A DNA stretch of 63,259 bases, the filler included, from Chiloscyllium plagiosum (Eukaryota): the NCBI RefSeq assembly GCF_004010195.1. It is 4 parts of one record of this genome, joined end to end, with 100 filler letters (N's around TTAATTAATTAA, not from the genome) between each part and the next. Parts side by side here need not be neighbours in the genome. Positions count along the whole stretch, not along the records: positions 61,998 to 63,259 come from NC_057711.1; 3 more parts are not named here. One strand, written 5' to 3'. The notes beneath the pieces are model-generated. The model was not told where the DNA came from, made no database searches, and saw only the letters and a program-made list of their open reading frames with translations. Below are positions 61,998-63,259 of the stretch, in pieces. How positions within the stretch are numbered: position 1 is the stretch's first letter; each line of letters opens with the position of its first letter. A program made the position numbers and the translations under genes.

Positions 61998-63259
61998 TCT
62001 ACACTAAATTCCGTGCTCACGCAGACGGCAAAGAAGGAGCTGGCTTTTGCAAAGCAAAGGTTATACGAGCATGGTGACAAGCCAGGCAAATACGTGGCAT
62101 ACCTTGCCAGAAAGAAGAGTGCCCCACAAACCATTACAGCGATTAGGGACGGGTCTGGGAACCTAACATGTGATTCTAAAAAGATTAATGTGGCATTCCA
62201 GAGATTCTACTCTAGTTATATCAGTCTGAGAATTGTGAGGAGGGCCAGGCCAAAATGGAATCCTTTTTTAGAGATCTGAAGCTCTCGGGTGTGACTCCCA
62301 AACAACAGTCCTTTCTCAATGCCCCATTATCAGAGCAAGAAGTGCAGGAAGCTGTGAGGCAGCTTCAGAGTGGAAAGGCTCCCGGTCCTGATGGACTTCC
62401 CAGTGAATTCTATAAGGAATTTATAAGTATACTGTCAGGTCCGATGTTGAATATGTTTAATGATTCATACGGTCATCTTTGTCTCCCACCATCTCTGAGA
62501 GAGGCCAATATTTCACTTATCCTTAAAAAAGGGAAGGATCCGGAAGACTGTGCTTCATACAGGCCCATTTCGCTCTTAAATGTGGACTTTAAGAACATCT
62601 CTAAGGCTCTTGTGTTAAGGCTGGAGACTGTGTTACCCTCTATTATTAAAGAGGATCAGACGGGCTTCATGAAGGGTTGCAGATCCTTCAATAATGTTAG
62701 GAGGCTGCTTAACGTAATTCAAGCATGCCAACAGCAGTCAATACAGGGATTGGTGATTCTCTTTGCAGAGAAGGCATTTGACCGAGTTGAGTGGCCGTAC
62801 CTTTTCTATACTCTAGATCGGTTTGGTCTGGGCGAAGTTTTCATAAGATGGGTAAAGGTTCTCTACAGTGTACCTCTCGCTGCGGTCATTATCAACGGGA
62901 TACGATCAAGCAATTTTAATATTTCTAGAAGCAGCTGGCAGTGCTGTCCCCTTTCACTGTTACTTTTTACGTTGGTGGTTGAACCGTTGGCAGAGGCCAT
63001 TCGTGGGGATCTCAATATATCAGCTCCAGAAGTGGGGTCAAAATTACATAAGATCTCGCTGTATGCAGATGATGTTTTAATTTTCTTGACAAATCCAGCA
63101 ATCTCAGTACCTTGCCTGATACAATGCATTCACGCGTTTGGCGCTTTTTCAGGGTATAAGATTAATTTTGCTAAACCAGAGGCTATGCCTATGTGTGGTC
63201 TTACGAAAGAGTTGGCCCTTGAGAGTGACTATAGATTCCCATTTAGGTGGTCACAGGGG
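61998..63259 (+). mobile_element. L1-clade LINE ORF2 (RT), few frameshifts
   Basis: YEHGDKPGK, GKAPGPDGLPSEFYKEF, YRPISLLNVDFK, AEKAFDRVEW and SLYADDVLIFL. Confidence 0.9.

Overview
This is repeat-dense vertebrate genomic DNA, almost certainly elasmobranch (shark/ray), as it carries HE1 SINEs, HER1/CR1 LINEs and SacSINE1-type Deu-SINEs. It has seven assembly gaps, three holding an artificial TTAATTAATTAA spacer. The only recognisable host gene is the 5' end of RICTOR on the + strand: a CpG-island promoter and coding exons 1 (54630-54678) and 2 (54964-55011), giving MAVSIRGRSVRSLRIR/GRNDSGEENVPLDLSR(E). The rest of the window is its intron 2 and about 54 kb of upstream DNA. Most long ORFs in the track are CR1, Rex/Babar, L1 or Penelope fragments, tandem repeats or N-gap artefacts. 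Most notable unexplained signals: (i) a decayed minus-strand coding relic at ~9.8-10.6 kb resembling a paramyxovirus-F/lokiretrovirus-Env class I fusion protein; (ii) many Penelope terminal repeats with minimal hammerhead ribozyme cores, often as palindromic inserts with TSDs; (iii) a ~370-bp NF-kB/RUNX-motif element duplicated in inverted orientation 6 kb apart; (iv) a 215-bp foldback bounded by splice-like sites; (v) candidate antisense and alternative exons around RICTOR. All family assignments come from recalled motifs; no database search was run.
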